Of a stretch of 64,000 nt of DNA, positions 53,681-63,029 are shown one piece after another (the first letter of the stretch is position 1; the number at the start of each line of letters is the position of its first letter). Under the pieces are notes generated by a model, which was not told the origin of the DNA, did not search any database, and saw only the letters and a list, made by a program, of their open reading frames with translations. The DNA is from Lentisphaerota bacterium (GTDB lineage: Bacteria; Verrucomicrobiota; Kiritimatiellia; JAAZAB01): the NCBI GenBank assembly GCA_016188985.1, contig JACPGM010000053.1:4290-68289 (forward strand), written 5' to 3'. Both the position numbers and the translations under genes were made by a program.

Positions 53681-54766
53681 CTAACCGAGGGTCTTGGTCA
53701 CTTTGGCCAACTGCTTCATAATCGGCAGATTGTTCGGGCATTTCGGTTCGCACTTGCCGCACTGTATGCATGCGTCAGCACGCTTGCCAGCTTCCTTCGC
53801 CGCATACTGTGCCCGGGCCCAGTCCGTCATGCCGTAGACCTTGCCCAGGTTGTAGAGATGGAAGTTGCCGGGGATATCCACTCCCTGCGGGCACTCCTTG
53901 CAATAGCCGCACATAGTGCAGAACCTCTCGCCCAGCGAGTGGAGCTCGTCCAGTATCGCGTCCATTCGCCGGAAGTCTTCGGCATTGGCGCCGTGGAAGT
54001 TGTTCGCCGTCTCCAAGTTCTCGCGCAGCATCTCCAGCGTATTCATGCCGGAGCAGGCGGTGCTGATATCCGGGTTCGTCAGCACGAATCTCAGTGCCGC
54101 GTCGGCGGTGGTCTTCGCGCCGCCGGAGATGAATTGCTGCAACTGAGGCGAAGGACTGGCAAGCATCCCGCCCGCCACCGGGCACATGGCAATCACACCC
54201 ACGCCCAGTGCGCCCGCGCGTTTGATGGTCGGCGCGTAGGCGCGGTTCAGCATGTTGTAGGGCACAGTAAAGCTGTCGAATATGCCCGTCTCGATGCACT
54301 TGGTGAAGTTTTCCGGCAAATCATGCCCGGTGAACCCGATGTGGCCGATGAGGCCCTCGCTTCGGGCCTTATCCAACGCCTCCAGCGCGCCACCCTTCTT
54401 CGTCAGAAACTCCATCATTGCCAGGCTGAACCATCCGACCTGGTAGAACTCCAGATAGTCCACGCCCAGAATCTGCATCTGCAGGTCTATCTCCGCGCGG
54501 TAGCTGTCGGCAGTGGTCTCAGCGTTGATTCCCGTCTTGCCGGAGACTATCAGACCACGGCTGCGGCCCTTCAGCCCGGGCGCAGTCAGGTGCTGGCACT
54601 TGCCGGCAATGTACCCCCGGGTGGTCTCGAAATAGTTGACTCCGGCGGCAATCGCCGTGTCCACGATCTGCTCCGCCAATTCCGGGTTGTTCGGATCAAA
54701 GCGCATGCATCCCAGCGCGAGCGCCGAAACCTTCAGTCCTGTCTTTCCCAAATTACGATACTGCAT
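53681..54766 (-). CDS. Aldo/keto reductase with a C-terminal 4Fe-4S ferredoxin-type domain
   Basis: 'MQYRNLGKTGLKVSALALGCMRF', plus the C-terminal 'CTMCGYCKECP' and 'CIQCGKCEPKCP' clusters. Start 54766 was chosen. Confidence 0.85.
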   Translation of the reverse strand: MQYRNLGKTGLKVSALALGCMRFDPNNPELAEQIVDTAIAAGVNYFETTRGYIAGKCQHLTAPGLKGRSRGLIVSGKTGINAETTADSYRAEIDLQMQILGVDYLEFYQVGWFSLAMMEFLTKKGGALEALDKARSEGLIGHIGFTGHDLPENFTKCIETGIFDSFTVPYNMLNRAYAPTIKRAGALGVGVIAMCPVAGGMLASPSPQLQQFISGGAKTTADAALRFVLTNPDISTACSGMNTLEMLRENLETANNFHGANAEDFRRMDAILDELHSLGERFCTMCGYCKECPQGVDIPGNFHLYNLGKVYGMTDWARAQYAAKEAGKRADACIQCGKCEPKCPNNLPIMKQLAKVTKTLG

Positions 54767-54844
54767 TTGTGTTGCCTTGCTGTTTCGTCGCGAGTGTGCC
54801 GCACCCGGTTGTCTGGACACTGGTTTGCATTATGCCGCTACGGG

Positions 54845-55405
54845 TCAGCCTGATCTTGGTTCTGCCGCGAGCCATTGTCCGGCGAGTTCAAGGATCTGCA
54901 ATTTTGTCTGAAGATTTTGACGTCGAACGGGAATCATGTCCACAACATCGAGCCCACAAGTGGTCATCACTTTTTCCAGACTAACACAGCATGCCGGCGC
55001 GCCCCCGCCGCCGCCGCCGGCTACACACACGCCAATCGCGGGTTTCCCCTTTATAGACACACGGCCGGCCGCGTGTGTGCATATTCGGCGCAAGCGATCA
55101 GCGAATGCGCGCAGACTCTCGCTCAGGTCTGAATAATAAACCGGCGTAGCAAAAACTATAGCGTCGGCCTGTCTTATCTTTTCGACCAGGCCGCTCAGGT
55201 CGTCATCAATGACACAACGTCCCTCTTTCCGGCATAAACCCCAGCCATTATCGTCACATTGACGACAACGCTCGACCTTAAGCGTGGGTAGAAATACCTG
55301 TTCTGCCGAGGCCCCGGCCTTCGCCAAACCTTTCCGCACGGCATCAGCAGCCAGGGCCGTCTGACCATTCGGATTTCTGCTCCCGCATATCAATATAGTT
55401 TGCAT
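54845..55405 (-). CDS. Flavodoxin-like / NADPH-dependent FMN reductase family protein
   Basis: 'ILICGSRNPNGQT' and 'ADAIVFATPVYYSDLSESL' are typical of iron-sulfur-flavoprotein/FMN-reductase-like folds. Confidence 0.75.
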   Translation of the reverse strand: MQTILICGSRNPNGQTALAADAVRKGLAKAGASAEQVFLPTLKVERCRQCDDNGWGLCRKEGRCVIDDDLSGLVEKIRQADAIVFATPVYYSDLSESLRAFADRLRRICTHAAGRVSIKGKPAIGVCVAGGGGGGAPACCVSLEKVMTTCGLDVVDMIPVRRQNLQTKLQILELAGQWLAAEPRSG

Positions 55406-55834
55406 TCGTGCCTCCAGGTCTGTTCGCATCCCAACGAATAGACGTTTTATTCCTCAGTGCGGCGAATATAGCACGGTAGGATTGGGCGACAAGCCGATGA
55501 TATATATATTATCCTTACGGCCAACTAATGGGGTTTTAATTTATAGCTTTTTATCAAGTGTGCCGCGAGCATACAAGGACGGCCGAGATGGGACAGGCGC
55601 AAATTGAGCGGCATCCAAATCCTGATCATTACACCTGAAATACCTGCGCTGTCGTGATGCGAAAATGTATGTTGACGTTTACAGACACTTCATATTAGGT
55701 ATCCCTATATGCAACAAATAGGGATAGTCAGATATGATTACTTGTGATGATCTGCTGGAGCAGTCTGTCGCCTGGCCGACCGGGAGATAGCCTCCTCTTC
55801 ATGACCCACGCATATCACTCTGCGCTGTTCGTAG

Positions 55835-56029
55835 CCCCTCAGTCTTGTGGGCTTATTGTCATTCCCGACCTGATGCTACTCTGCGAAGTTCCGCCATAGC
55901 GGATCCGCCTTCTGGCGGAAAGCCTCCCTGCTCTGCGAAGCCGCTACGCAGGGCGTAGAAGAGTCGCTACGAAGCACGAGGGGAATGACAGTGTTGATGT
56001 TCACGACCTACCCACAAGACTGAGGCCTT
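55835..56029. repeat. Nested palindromic element (outer arms ccctcagtcttgtggg/cccacaagactgagg; inner GTCATTCCC...GGGAATGAC; central GGATCC unit)
   Basis: The outer arm cccacaagactgaggcc recurs at about 61037-61056. The inner S-type arms are at 55858 and 55989. The central unit is at 55889-55920. Confidence 0.7.
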
Positions 56030-56115
56030 ACCGCTGTTCAACGAAAGATATTGACGCAGGCAAAGAGACGGTGGTAATCTAAAAATCAAATGCGGGGAAA
56101 TACGGAGGATATGAC

Positions 56116-56334
56116 ATGACAGCACTATTGGAGCAAGTCTTTAAAAAGGCGTCTGCTCTTCCCGCGGACATTCAGGACATCTTGGCAGCCGAATTTCTCC
56201 AAGAAATCGAATGGGAATCACAGTGGGACGCCACTCTGAAAAAAACGCAGGATGCGTTAGGCAAACTGACGATGGCCGCAATGGCAGAACACAAAAATGG
56301 CAAGACCGAGGAAATGGGATTTGACGAATTGTGA
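56116..56334 (+). CDS. Putative antitoxin of the RelE/ParE-type TA pair
   Basis: 72-aa acidic ORF whose stop overlaps the toxin GTG (GTGA overlap). I recognise no independent motif. Confidence 0.55.
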   Translation: MTALLEQVFKKASALPADIQDILAAEFLQEIEWESQWDATLKKTQDALGKLTMAAMAEHKNGKTEEMGFDEL

Positions 56335-56600
56335 AGTCTTGTCTTACCAAGGACTTCCGCATCTGTTTTGCTGAACTTCCGGATCGCGTCCAGCGCCTTG
56401 CGCGAGAGAACTACAGGCTATGGAAATGCAATCCCTATCATCCGAGTCTTTCTTTCAAACGGGTCGGCAGGCGATATCCGACATACTCCGTTAGAATCGG
56501 TCTTGGCTGGCGGGCACTTGGTTTCCGAGAGAATGACACACTCGTTTGGTTTTGGATCGGCTCTCATGCCGATTACGAGCGACGGATTCAAAAACTCTGA
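56331..56600 (+). CDS. RelE/ParE-superfamily toxin
   Basis: 'YRLWKCNPYHPSLSFKRV...YSVRIGLGWRALGFRENDTLVWFWIGSHADYERRI' is the characteristic ending of small RelE/ParE-like toxins. Length 89 aa. Confidence 0.7.
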   Translation: MKSCLTKDFRICFAELPDRVQRLARENYRLWKCNPYHPSLSFKRVGRRYPTYSVRIGLGWRALGFRENDTLVWFWIGSHADYERRIQKL

Positions 56601-56924
56601 GAATCATCGAACAAAGCGGCGGAAGCTATCGCCCCGCAAGGCGGGGCTCAGCCTCAACGCTGACGTCGGTTAACGATGTGCTGATGAAAAAGTTAAGGCA
56701 GTTGTAAAATTCAGGCATGGTTCAAAACCCCGTGGTTTCAGGTTCCGCCGGAGGCGGATCTGCCTCAGGCATGAAACAATTCTCGCATGGAGATGGAGGG
56801 CGGACCTCCGTGTCCGCCGCGGCGATGACGGAGCATCGCCCTCCATGACGCATGCAGTCCGATACCTTGAATTGAACCAAGCTAAAATTCATAACGGAAC
56901 AACCGATAGGCAAGGAGGTGTGAT

Positions 56925-57815
56925 ATGCCGATTACTGTGTTGATCGTGGTAGCTATATTCGTATTTCTGTTCGGGATCAGAATCGTCCGGCCGACGCATC
57001 GCGGACTGATTGAACGCTTGGGCCGCTACCGCAGATTTGCGAATCCGGGATTCCACTGGATTATTCCGGTAATAGACCGGATGTACCAGGTGAATATTAC
57101 CGAGCAGATGTTCGACGCGGAGCCGCAGGAGATCATCACCAATGACAACCTGAACGCCAAGGTTGACGCGCAAGTCTATTTCAAAGTCAGGGATGACGAG
57201 GAAAGCGTCAAGAGTTCGCAGTATAACGTGAACAATTACGCTTACCAGATTGTGAACCTGGCGCGGACCACGCTCAGGAACATCATTGGCACGCTCACCT
57301 TGAAATCGGCCAATAGCGAACGGGGTAGAATTAATGTTGAACTGCACAAGACGCTGAGCGAGGAAAGCGGACATTGGGGCATAGAGATCGTGAGGACCGA
57401 ACTGAAGGAGATTGATCCCCCGCGCGACGTGCAGGAGACAATGAATAAAGTTGTCAAAGCGGAGAATGAAAAGGTGGCGGCAATTGATTTTGCCACAGCC
57501 GCAGAGACGGTGGCTGACGGCGAAAGACGGGCGCAGATCAAGAAAGCGGAGGGCTTCAAGCAATCCAAGATTCTCGCCGCGCAAGGCGAGGCCGAGGCGA
57601 TCCGGCTCGTGAACGAAGCTGCCGAAAAATATTTTGTCGGCAACGCCCAGCTTCTCAGAAAACTGCAGGCGGTAGAAAATGCCCTGGAAGACAACGCCAA
57701 GATCGTAATTCCAGCAGGCACCGAGCTGGTCAATGTGATTGGGGAAATGGCCGGGGTGTTGCCGCTTAGTCGGGAAAAGGCAAAGCAAGCTTTAAGCAGC
57801 GGTTCACATGAATAA
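56925..57815 (+). CDS. SPFH/band-7 (stomatin/HflK/C-like) protein
   Basis: N-terminal TM, then 'VRPTHRGLIERLGRY', 'DAQVYFKV' and 'TLRNIIGTLTL', with a coiled-coil Ala/Glu-rich tail. Confidence 0.9.
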   Translation: MPITVLIVVAIFVFLFGIRIVRPTHRGLIERLGRYRRFANPGFHWIIPVIDRMYQVNITEQMFDAEPQEIITNDNLNAKVDAQVYFKVRDDEESVKSSQYNVNNYAYQIVNLARTTLRNIIGTLTLKSANSERGRINVELHKTLSEESGHWGIEIVRTELKEIDPPRDVQETMNKVVKAENEKVAAIDFATAAETVADGERRAQIKKAEGFKQSKILAAQGEAEAIRLVNEAAEKYFVGNAQLLRKLQAVENALEDNAKIVIPAGTELVNVIGEMAGVLPLSREKAKQALSSGSHE

Positions 57816-58662
57816 TCCCTACCAGCAATTTGTGGCCGGCTATGCGCGCTTGGTGAGCGAACAGTACCCGATGGGTAAAGCCGGTCCCGGCCGGCGCGTG
57901 ATCATTGCGCGCGATGCTCCGCAAGTCCTGCTGTTTTCGCCGCATCCGGATGATGAATGCATTACCGGGGCCTTGCCCCTGCGGCTTGAGCGCGAACGCA
58001 AGATGAATGTGATTAATGTGGTCGTGACCCAGGGTAGCCGCCACGACCGGCAGGCCGAACGCCTGGCGGAATTGCGCCAGGCCTGTGATTACCTGGGCTT
58101 TGGCGTGCTGCCGACGGCCAAACATGGCCTGGAAAAAATCAACCCGGCCAACCGGGAGCAGAACCCCGCCGCCTGGGCCGAGGCCGTGGCCGTAATCGCC
58201 GGGATTTTACGGCAGAGGCAGCCGCGCCTGATTTTTGTGCCCCATGAAAAGGATTGGAACACCACGCACATCGGCACGCATTACCTGGTCAACGACGCGC
58301 TCAAAATCATGCCGATCAGTTTCTGTTGCGGCGTGGTCGAAACCGAATTCTGGGCGCCCATGCTCAATCCCAACCTCATGATCGAATCCAGCGTGGCCGA
58401 TGTGACCGACCTGGTCACGGCCCTCTCGTTCCATGTGGGCGAAGTCAGCCGTAACCCGTATCATTTGCGCCTGCCGGCCTGGCTGCAGGATAATGTCCGC
58501 CGGGGCGGCGAGCTGGTTGGCGGGCAGGGGACCGTGGCGCCAACCTTTGTCTTTGCCACGCTCTACCGCTTCCGAGTCTGGGCCCGCGGCAAATACAAGA
58601 AGGCGGCCGCACCGGGCAAATTCATTTCATGCAACGATAGGCTGGGGGATATCTTCGGCTAA
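57808..58662 (+). CDS. PIG-L/LmbE family deacetylase
   Basis: 'VLLFSPHPDDECITG' and 'FVPHEKDWNTTHIG'. It overlaps the SPFH gene by 8 nt. Confidence 0.85.
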   Translation: MNNPYQQFVAGYARLVSEQYPMGKAGPGRRVIIARDAPQVLLFSPHPDDECITGALPLRLERERKMNVINVVVTQGSRHDRQAERLAELRQACDYLGFGVLPTAKHGLEKINPANREQNPAAWAEAVAVIAGILRQRQPRLIFVPHEKDWNTTHIGTHYLVNDALKIMPISFCCGVVETEFWAPMLNPNLMIESSVADVTDLVTALSFHVGEVSRNPYHLRLPAWLQDNVRRGGELVGGQGTVAPTFVFATLYRFRVWARGKYKKAAAPGKFISCNDRLGDIFG

Positions 58663-58939
58663 GTGCTCAGATTCGTAAATATTATGACGAATGATTGTGT
58701 CCATTTTTGCGCAGGGCCAGGCGGCGAAAGCGGAGGCGTACCTGAAAGGTCCGTGCGGCTTTCGCCAACGCCGCCCGGCCCAAAAATGGGCCCAACCCGC
58801 TTGGGCGCAACCTCTTTTGCCGTTGCGCCGTGTTCCACGCGAAGGGAAAATACCTTCCAGGTATTCCACCTTCGCGTGCGCCTTGCGCAATCGGCAAAAT
58901 AGGTTGCGTCATTGTCATAATATTTATGAAACTGAGCAC
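58663..58939 (+). mobile_element. 277-nt MITE-like element with ~30-nt terminal inverted repeats, filling the spacer between convergent genes
   Basis: Left end gtgctcagattcgtaaatattatgacgaatg. Right end cattgtcataatatttatgaaactgagcac. The right half is collinear with 45274-45421. Confidence 0.75.
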
Positions 58940-58949
58940 CAAGCAACGC

Positions 58950-59564
58950 TCACGGCTCGTCGGCCAGCGTCAAAGGACGATACAGCCGGTCGTTGATTTC
59001 TTCCAGATCGCTGAAACTGTCCCCATCCGAATCTTTCCGCAGCGGATTGGTCTTCCAGGTGGCAAGCTCCTGGTAATCGCCTACGCCATCGCCATCCGCA
59101 TCCGGCATCACGTTCACCAGCACCTTCAGTTCGCCGCTCACGCCCAGCGGCAGCGAAAAATTGTTGCGGAACTTCAGCTCGCCGGATCGGCCGGCCACCA
59201 CGTTGGTAGCCTGGCCAATGAAATAGACCATATTGGTTTGGTCGCCCAGCCGCATCAGGAGCCCGTAGGCCGGCGCGGCGACCCCCAAGTGGGTTTTGAG
59301 TATGTCCGGGTTGCCGTCAGCGGTGAATTTGGCAAAGGCGTCGCTCCAGTTGCCGGCGGCGTCACAGTGAATAACGTCGCCCTGCCGGGCAAAAATCCCG
59401 CTGGCTTGCCAGAGCTCATTGGCCTGGATGGTGAGCAGGTGGTCTGGCGGTCGGTCCGGATTTGCTTGCGGCGTAGCGCACCCGGCGATGGCCAGCGCCA
59501 GCAGGAGGCAGAAGCAGATTTCCTCTCCCTGGGGAGCAATTTTGTTTTTTAATTCTGGACGCAT
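58950..59564 (-). CDS. Lipoprotein with thrombospondin-type-3-like Ca-binding Asp repeats
   Basis: Lipobox 'LALAIAGC'. C-terminal 'DADGDGVGDYQE...DSDGDSFSD'. Confidence 0.65.
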   Translation of the reverse strand: MRPELKNKIAPQGEEICFCLLLALAIAGCATPQANPDRPPDHLLTIQANELWQASGIFARQGDVIHCDAAGNWSDAFAKFTADGNPDILKTHLGVAAPAYGLLMRLGDQTNMVYFIGQATNVVAGRSGELKFRNNFSLPLGVSGELKVLVNVMPDADGDGVGDYQELATWKTNPLRKDSDGDSFSDLEEINDRLYRPLTLADEP

Positions 59565-59690
59565 GTTTATCCAGCAGGAGGTATAAACAGATTCCCTCTC
59601 CTTGGGGAGAGGGCAGGGTGATGGGAATTATCCATTCAGGGGTATCTCCTTGACTGGACTACACCCCATATGTTGTGGTGCACGGCCGCT

Positions 59691-59774
59691 GTCATTCCGA
59701 GCGGAGCGAAGCGGAGTCGAGGAATCTCAAGGGTTGTTAATGCGCATGAGATCCCTCGACAAGCTCGGGATGAC
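59691..59774. repeat. GTCATTCCGAGCG...CTCGGGATGAC palindromic element (family S variant)
   Basis: gtcattccgagcggagcgaagcggagtcgaggaatctc...gagatccctcgacaagctcgggatgac. Confidence 0.7.
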
Positions 59775-59787
59775 GCCTTATTATCCA

Positions 59788-60864
59788 TTACCCGTTCTTC
59801 CGCTCAAATTCCTTCATAAAGGCTGCCAGCGTTTGCACGCCTTCCAGGGGGAAGGCGTTGTAAATTGAAGCCCGAATGCCGCTTACCGAGCGGTGCCCTT
59901 TCAGGCCTTTCAGGCCTGCTTTGGACGCTTCCTTGACGAAGGTTTCTTCGAGAGCTTCACTGGGCAACCGGAAGGTGATGTTCATATCGGAGCGGCATTC
60001 CGGCCGGGCGGTCCCCTTGTAAAAGCCGCCGCCATCCAGCAGCGCATAGATCAGCGCCGCCTTTTCCCGGTTCTGGCGATGCAGAGTGCTCAGACCTTTT
60101 TTAAGGATCCAACGCGAGACCAGCATCATGAGGTAAATGCTGAAACAAGGCGGCGTGTTGTAAAGCGAATTTTCCTCAATAAAGGTTTGGTAGCGCAGGA
60201 TGGCCGGCAGAGAGGCCGGCGCGCGTTCCGCCAAATCCTTACGAATAACGACCAGGGCAATGCCCGAGGGCCCCAGGTTCTTTTGCGCGCCGGCATAGAT
60301 CAGGCCGAATTGGTTGAGGTCGAAAGGGCGCGAGAGAATATCCGATGACATGTCCGCCACCAGCGGGGCGTCGGTCAAGGGAAATGTCTTCCACTGCGCG
60401 CCGGAAATCGTTTCGTTCGAGGTAAGATGCACGTAGGCCGCGCCCGGAGTCAGCTTGAGTTCGTTCAAGGCCGGGACGCGTGTGGGGATTTCCTGGCTGC
60501 AATCAGCGGCCACATGCACTTTGCCGATATGAGCGGCTTCCTTGAGCGCTTTGCTGGCCCAGGCGCCGGAATTGATGTAGTCGGCTACCTGGCCGGGGCC
60601 CAGCAAATTCAACGGCGCCATGGCGAACTGCATACTGGCCCCGCCGGCCACGAAGAGGACGGCATAGTCGTCAGAACAACCCAGCAACTGCCGGTAGTTA
60701 GCCACGGCCTCGGTATGGACCTGGTCGTATTCCTTCCCGCGGTGCGAGCTTTCCAGGATGGACATGCCGGAGCCTTTAAAATCCAGCAATTCGCTTTGGG
60801 CTTCCTGCAACACTTCCAGGGGCAATACCGCCGGCCCCGCATTGAAATTATATACGCGCGCCAT
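59788..60864 (-). CDS. serC: Phosphoserine aminotransferase
   Basis: 'YNFNAGPAVLP', 'SHRGKEY', 'YAGAQKNLGPSG' (PLP Lys) and a length of 358 aa. Confidence 0.95.
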   Translation of the reverse strand: MARVYNFNAGPAVLPLEVLQEAQSELLDFKGSGMSILESSHRGKEYDQVHTEAVANYRQLLGCSDDYAVLFVAGGASMQFAMAPLNLLGPGQVADYINSGAWASKALKEAAHIGKVHVAADCSQEIPTRVPALNELKLTPGAAYVHLTSNETISGAQWKTFPLTDAPLVADMSSDILSRPFDLNQFGLIYAGAQKNLGPSGIALVVIRKDLAERAPASLPAILRYQTFIEENSLYNTPPCFSIYLMMLVSRWILKKGLSTLHRQNREKAALIYALLDGGGFYKGTARPECRSDMNITFRLPSEALEETFVKEASKAGLKGLKGHRSVSGIRASIYNAFPLEGVQTLAAFMKEFERKNG

Positions 60865-60961
60865 GGTATCTCCTTTCGTTGGAATTGGTGAGGCAAGAAT
60901 ATATCGGGTTGCCGCGCCGCCATCCAGTTTTTTGTGGCCTAAAGAGTAATGGGTCAGTTAT

Positions 60962-61043
60962 GAGGTGGTCGCGCAAAGGTAGGGACGGCTCGCCGAGCCG
61001 TCCGCGGCGCGTTCGGCGAACGCGCCCTACCTCTTGCCCCCAC
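60962..61043 (-). repeat. REP-like repeat, family C, copy 2 (inverted)
   Basis: See 25002-25081. Confidence 0.75.
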
Positions 61044-61074
61044 AAGACTGAGGCCATACCCTAAAGATATTTGC

Positions 61075-62439
61075 TCAACCCGGCCGCACACACGGTTGCG
61101 GAGAGGCAACCCAACCGGCCGGCCTCTGATTTGCCCCGTCACGACCCAAATCACCCAGGTCCGCTCGGGCACGCCCGGCAAGCGCCAGCAATCTTGCGAC
61201 AACCTCAGGATATTGGGCGGATACTTCGCGCGTTTCCGAAATATCGTCCCGCAAGTTATACAGTTCGGCGGCGGCGCCGGAGCAGCCTTTTGTCTCGGCT
61301 TGCAGATTGCGCAGCTTCCGATCGAGCGCAAGATAGAGCTTCCATGGACCGGAGCGCACGGCCTGCAACTGGTGCATGTAATAATAAAAAAAACCGCAAT
61401 CGTCATACGGCGATGCCACAACCGTGTTTCCCTGGAGAATCGGTCTGATATCGTGGCCGTCAATAATACGGTCCGCGGGAGTATCCGCTCCGGCCAGGCG
61501 GGCAACCGTCGGCAATACATCCATCATGGTTACGATTCGGTCGTCAATGACGTTGGCGGGAACACGGCCGGGCCAACGCGCAATGCACGGCACGCGCTGG
61601 CCGCCTTCGGACGTGTCATAGCCCCACCCGCGCAAAGGCGCGTTGCTGCCTTGCGGGGGATCCCAGCGGACGGCGCCGTTATCCGAGGTCCACAAGACGA
61701 GCGTTTTTTCGTCGAGATCGAGTTCCGCCAGAGTTTGCATGATCTGGCCGCACGACCAGTCAAGTTCCTCCACGGCGTCGCCGTAGGGGCCGTTGGCGGA
61801 CCGCCCCTGAAAAGCGGGAGAGGCGAAAGGCCGCTCCGTGCTGCCCGGCATGGCCTGCGCCAAATAAAGGAAGAAGGGACGGTCGGCGTTCTCCCGTATG
61901 AAGCTGATGGCTTCCTCAGTGTAGCGCCTGGTAAGCGTGTCGCGCTCGGCCGGCGCCTCGACCACCTTTTCGCCGCGCATCAGGGGCAGCGGCGGCCGGT
62001 CCGGTGCAAACGCGGTGGGAACCATGTCCTCGCTGTAGGGACAACCGAAAAACCGATCGAAACCATGGCGCGTCGGCAGAAACGGAAGTTGGTCGCCGAG
62101 ATGCCACTTGCCGATGCACGCCGTGGCGTAACCCTTGGCCTTCAACAGCCGCGCCAGGGTAATCTCGCCTGGATTCAGGCCCTTCGGATCAATGGGCATG
62201 AGCACGGCCTGGCCGCGCCCGGCAACGTGCATATTGATGCGCCGCGGGTAACATCCGGTCATCAGACTCGCGCGGGAGGGCGTGCACACGCCGCTCGTGC
62301 TGTAAAAACTGGTGAAGCGCAGGCCTTGCCGGGCCAGGCCATCAACCTGCGGCGTGCGGTGCTGCCGCGATCCATAGCATCCCAGGTCTCCATAACCCAG
62401 GTTGTCCATCAACATTATAATGACATTGGGTTGATTCAT
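61075..62439 (-). CDS. Sulfatase (formylglycine-dependent)
   Basis: 'NVIIMLMDNLGYGDLGCYGS', 'CTPSRASLMTG' (CxPxR) and 'GKWHLG'. Confidence 0.9.
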   Translation of the reverse strand: MNQPNVIIMLMDNLGYGDLGCYGSRQHRTPQVDGLARQGLRFTSFYSTSGVCTPSRASLMTGCYPRRINMHVAGRGQAVLMPIDPKGLNPGEITLARLLKAKGYATACIGKWHLGDQLPFLPTRHGFDRFFGCPYSEDMVPTAFAPDRPPLPLMRGEKVVEAPAERDTLTRRYTEEAISFIRENADRPFFLYLAQAMPGSTERPFASPAFQGRSANGPYGDAVEELDWSCGQIMQTLAELDLDEKTLVLWTSDNGAVRWDPPQGSNAPLRGWGYDTSEGGQRVPCIARWPGRVPANVIDDRIVTMMDVLPTVARLAGADTPADRIIDGHDIRPILQGNTVVASPYDDCGFFYYYMHQLQAVRSGPWKLYLALDRKLRNLQAETKGCSGAAAELYNLRDDISETREVSAQYPEVVARLLALAGRARADLGDLGRDGANQRPAGWVASPQPCVRPG

Positions 62440-62966
62440 GTTCTCCTGACGGCAGGTTCGTGCGTCTTTTTTAGCATTTCGTTTTTTTCCCAGGGGAAGA
62501 CCAGCCAGATATTGGCGGCGGCCGCGCGGGCGTAAAAGTCTGGCGGGCCGCCGCGGCCACGTTTGTAATAGAGCGTGGCGGTCTTCAGGGTGCGTGGTTT
62601 CCGGCGCTTGAGCCGCCGGACTATTTCTTGCAAAGTCTGGCCGGAGTCGTGGACGTCGTCAACCAGCAACACGTTCTTGTGGTTTAGGGAATACCGGAAA
62701 GGTTCGATCTGCACGCGGGCAAGTTGGCGAACGCCCTCTTGCCGGGGCGTAGCGCTTCCGCCTTCGCGGAGCCTGGCATAGGCCTTGGCGCGCAGGGGAT
62801 AGATGTTAATTGCGCCGAAAAAATCGGCGAGCAGCCGCGCCGGCACCAACCCGCCCTGTAGGACCGCCACGACACAATCCGGTTGGAACCGCGCGGCGCG
62901 AACCGCCCGAGCTACCTTGGCCACACAGGCTTCAATTTCGCGCCAGGAGATGTTCCGGTATTTCAT
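62436..62966 (-). CDS. Phosphoribosyltransferase family protein
   Basis: 'VLLVDDVHDSGQTL' PRPP-binding loop. There is a 4-nt overlap with the downstream sulfatase gene. Confidence 0.8.
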   Translation of the reverse strand: MKYRNISWREIEACVAKVARAVRAARFQPDCVVAVLQGGLVPARLLADFFGAINIYPLRAKAYARLREGGSATPRQEGVRQLARVQIEPFRYSLNHKNVLLVDDVHDSGQTLQEIVRRLKRRKPRTLKTATLYYKRGRGGPPDFYARAAAANIWLVFPWEKNEMLKKTHEPAVRRT

Positions 62967-63029
62967 AGCGGGTTTTTATCCAACGTGGGCTCCGCCCGCA
63001 ACCCAAATAAAACAATAAAACAAACCTTA

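Noticed and set aside
53672-54853. 393-aa plus-strand ORF
   Set aside because: It is antisense to a clear aldo/keto reductase with ferredoxin-type Cys clusters. Other long antisense ORFs were rejected on the same grounds: 61096-62535 (opposite the sulfatase), 25091-25954 (opposite ilvD), 41814-42926, 56889-57788 (opposite the SPFH gene), 28439-29281 (opposite hisS) and 51759-52697 (opposite folC).
58663-58996. Several 79-101-aa ORFs in four frames across the 58.7-58.9 kb spacer, with similar ones at 45206-45532
   Set aside because: They overlap each other inside a TIR-bounded repeat whose copies are conserved at the DNA and hairpin level. Mutually overlapping frames and the repeat context argue for non-coding sequence.
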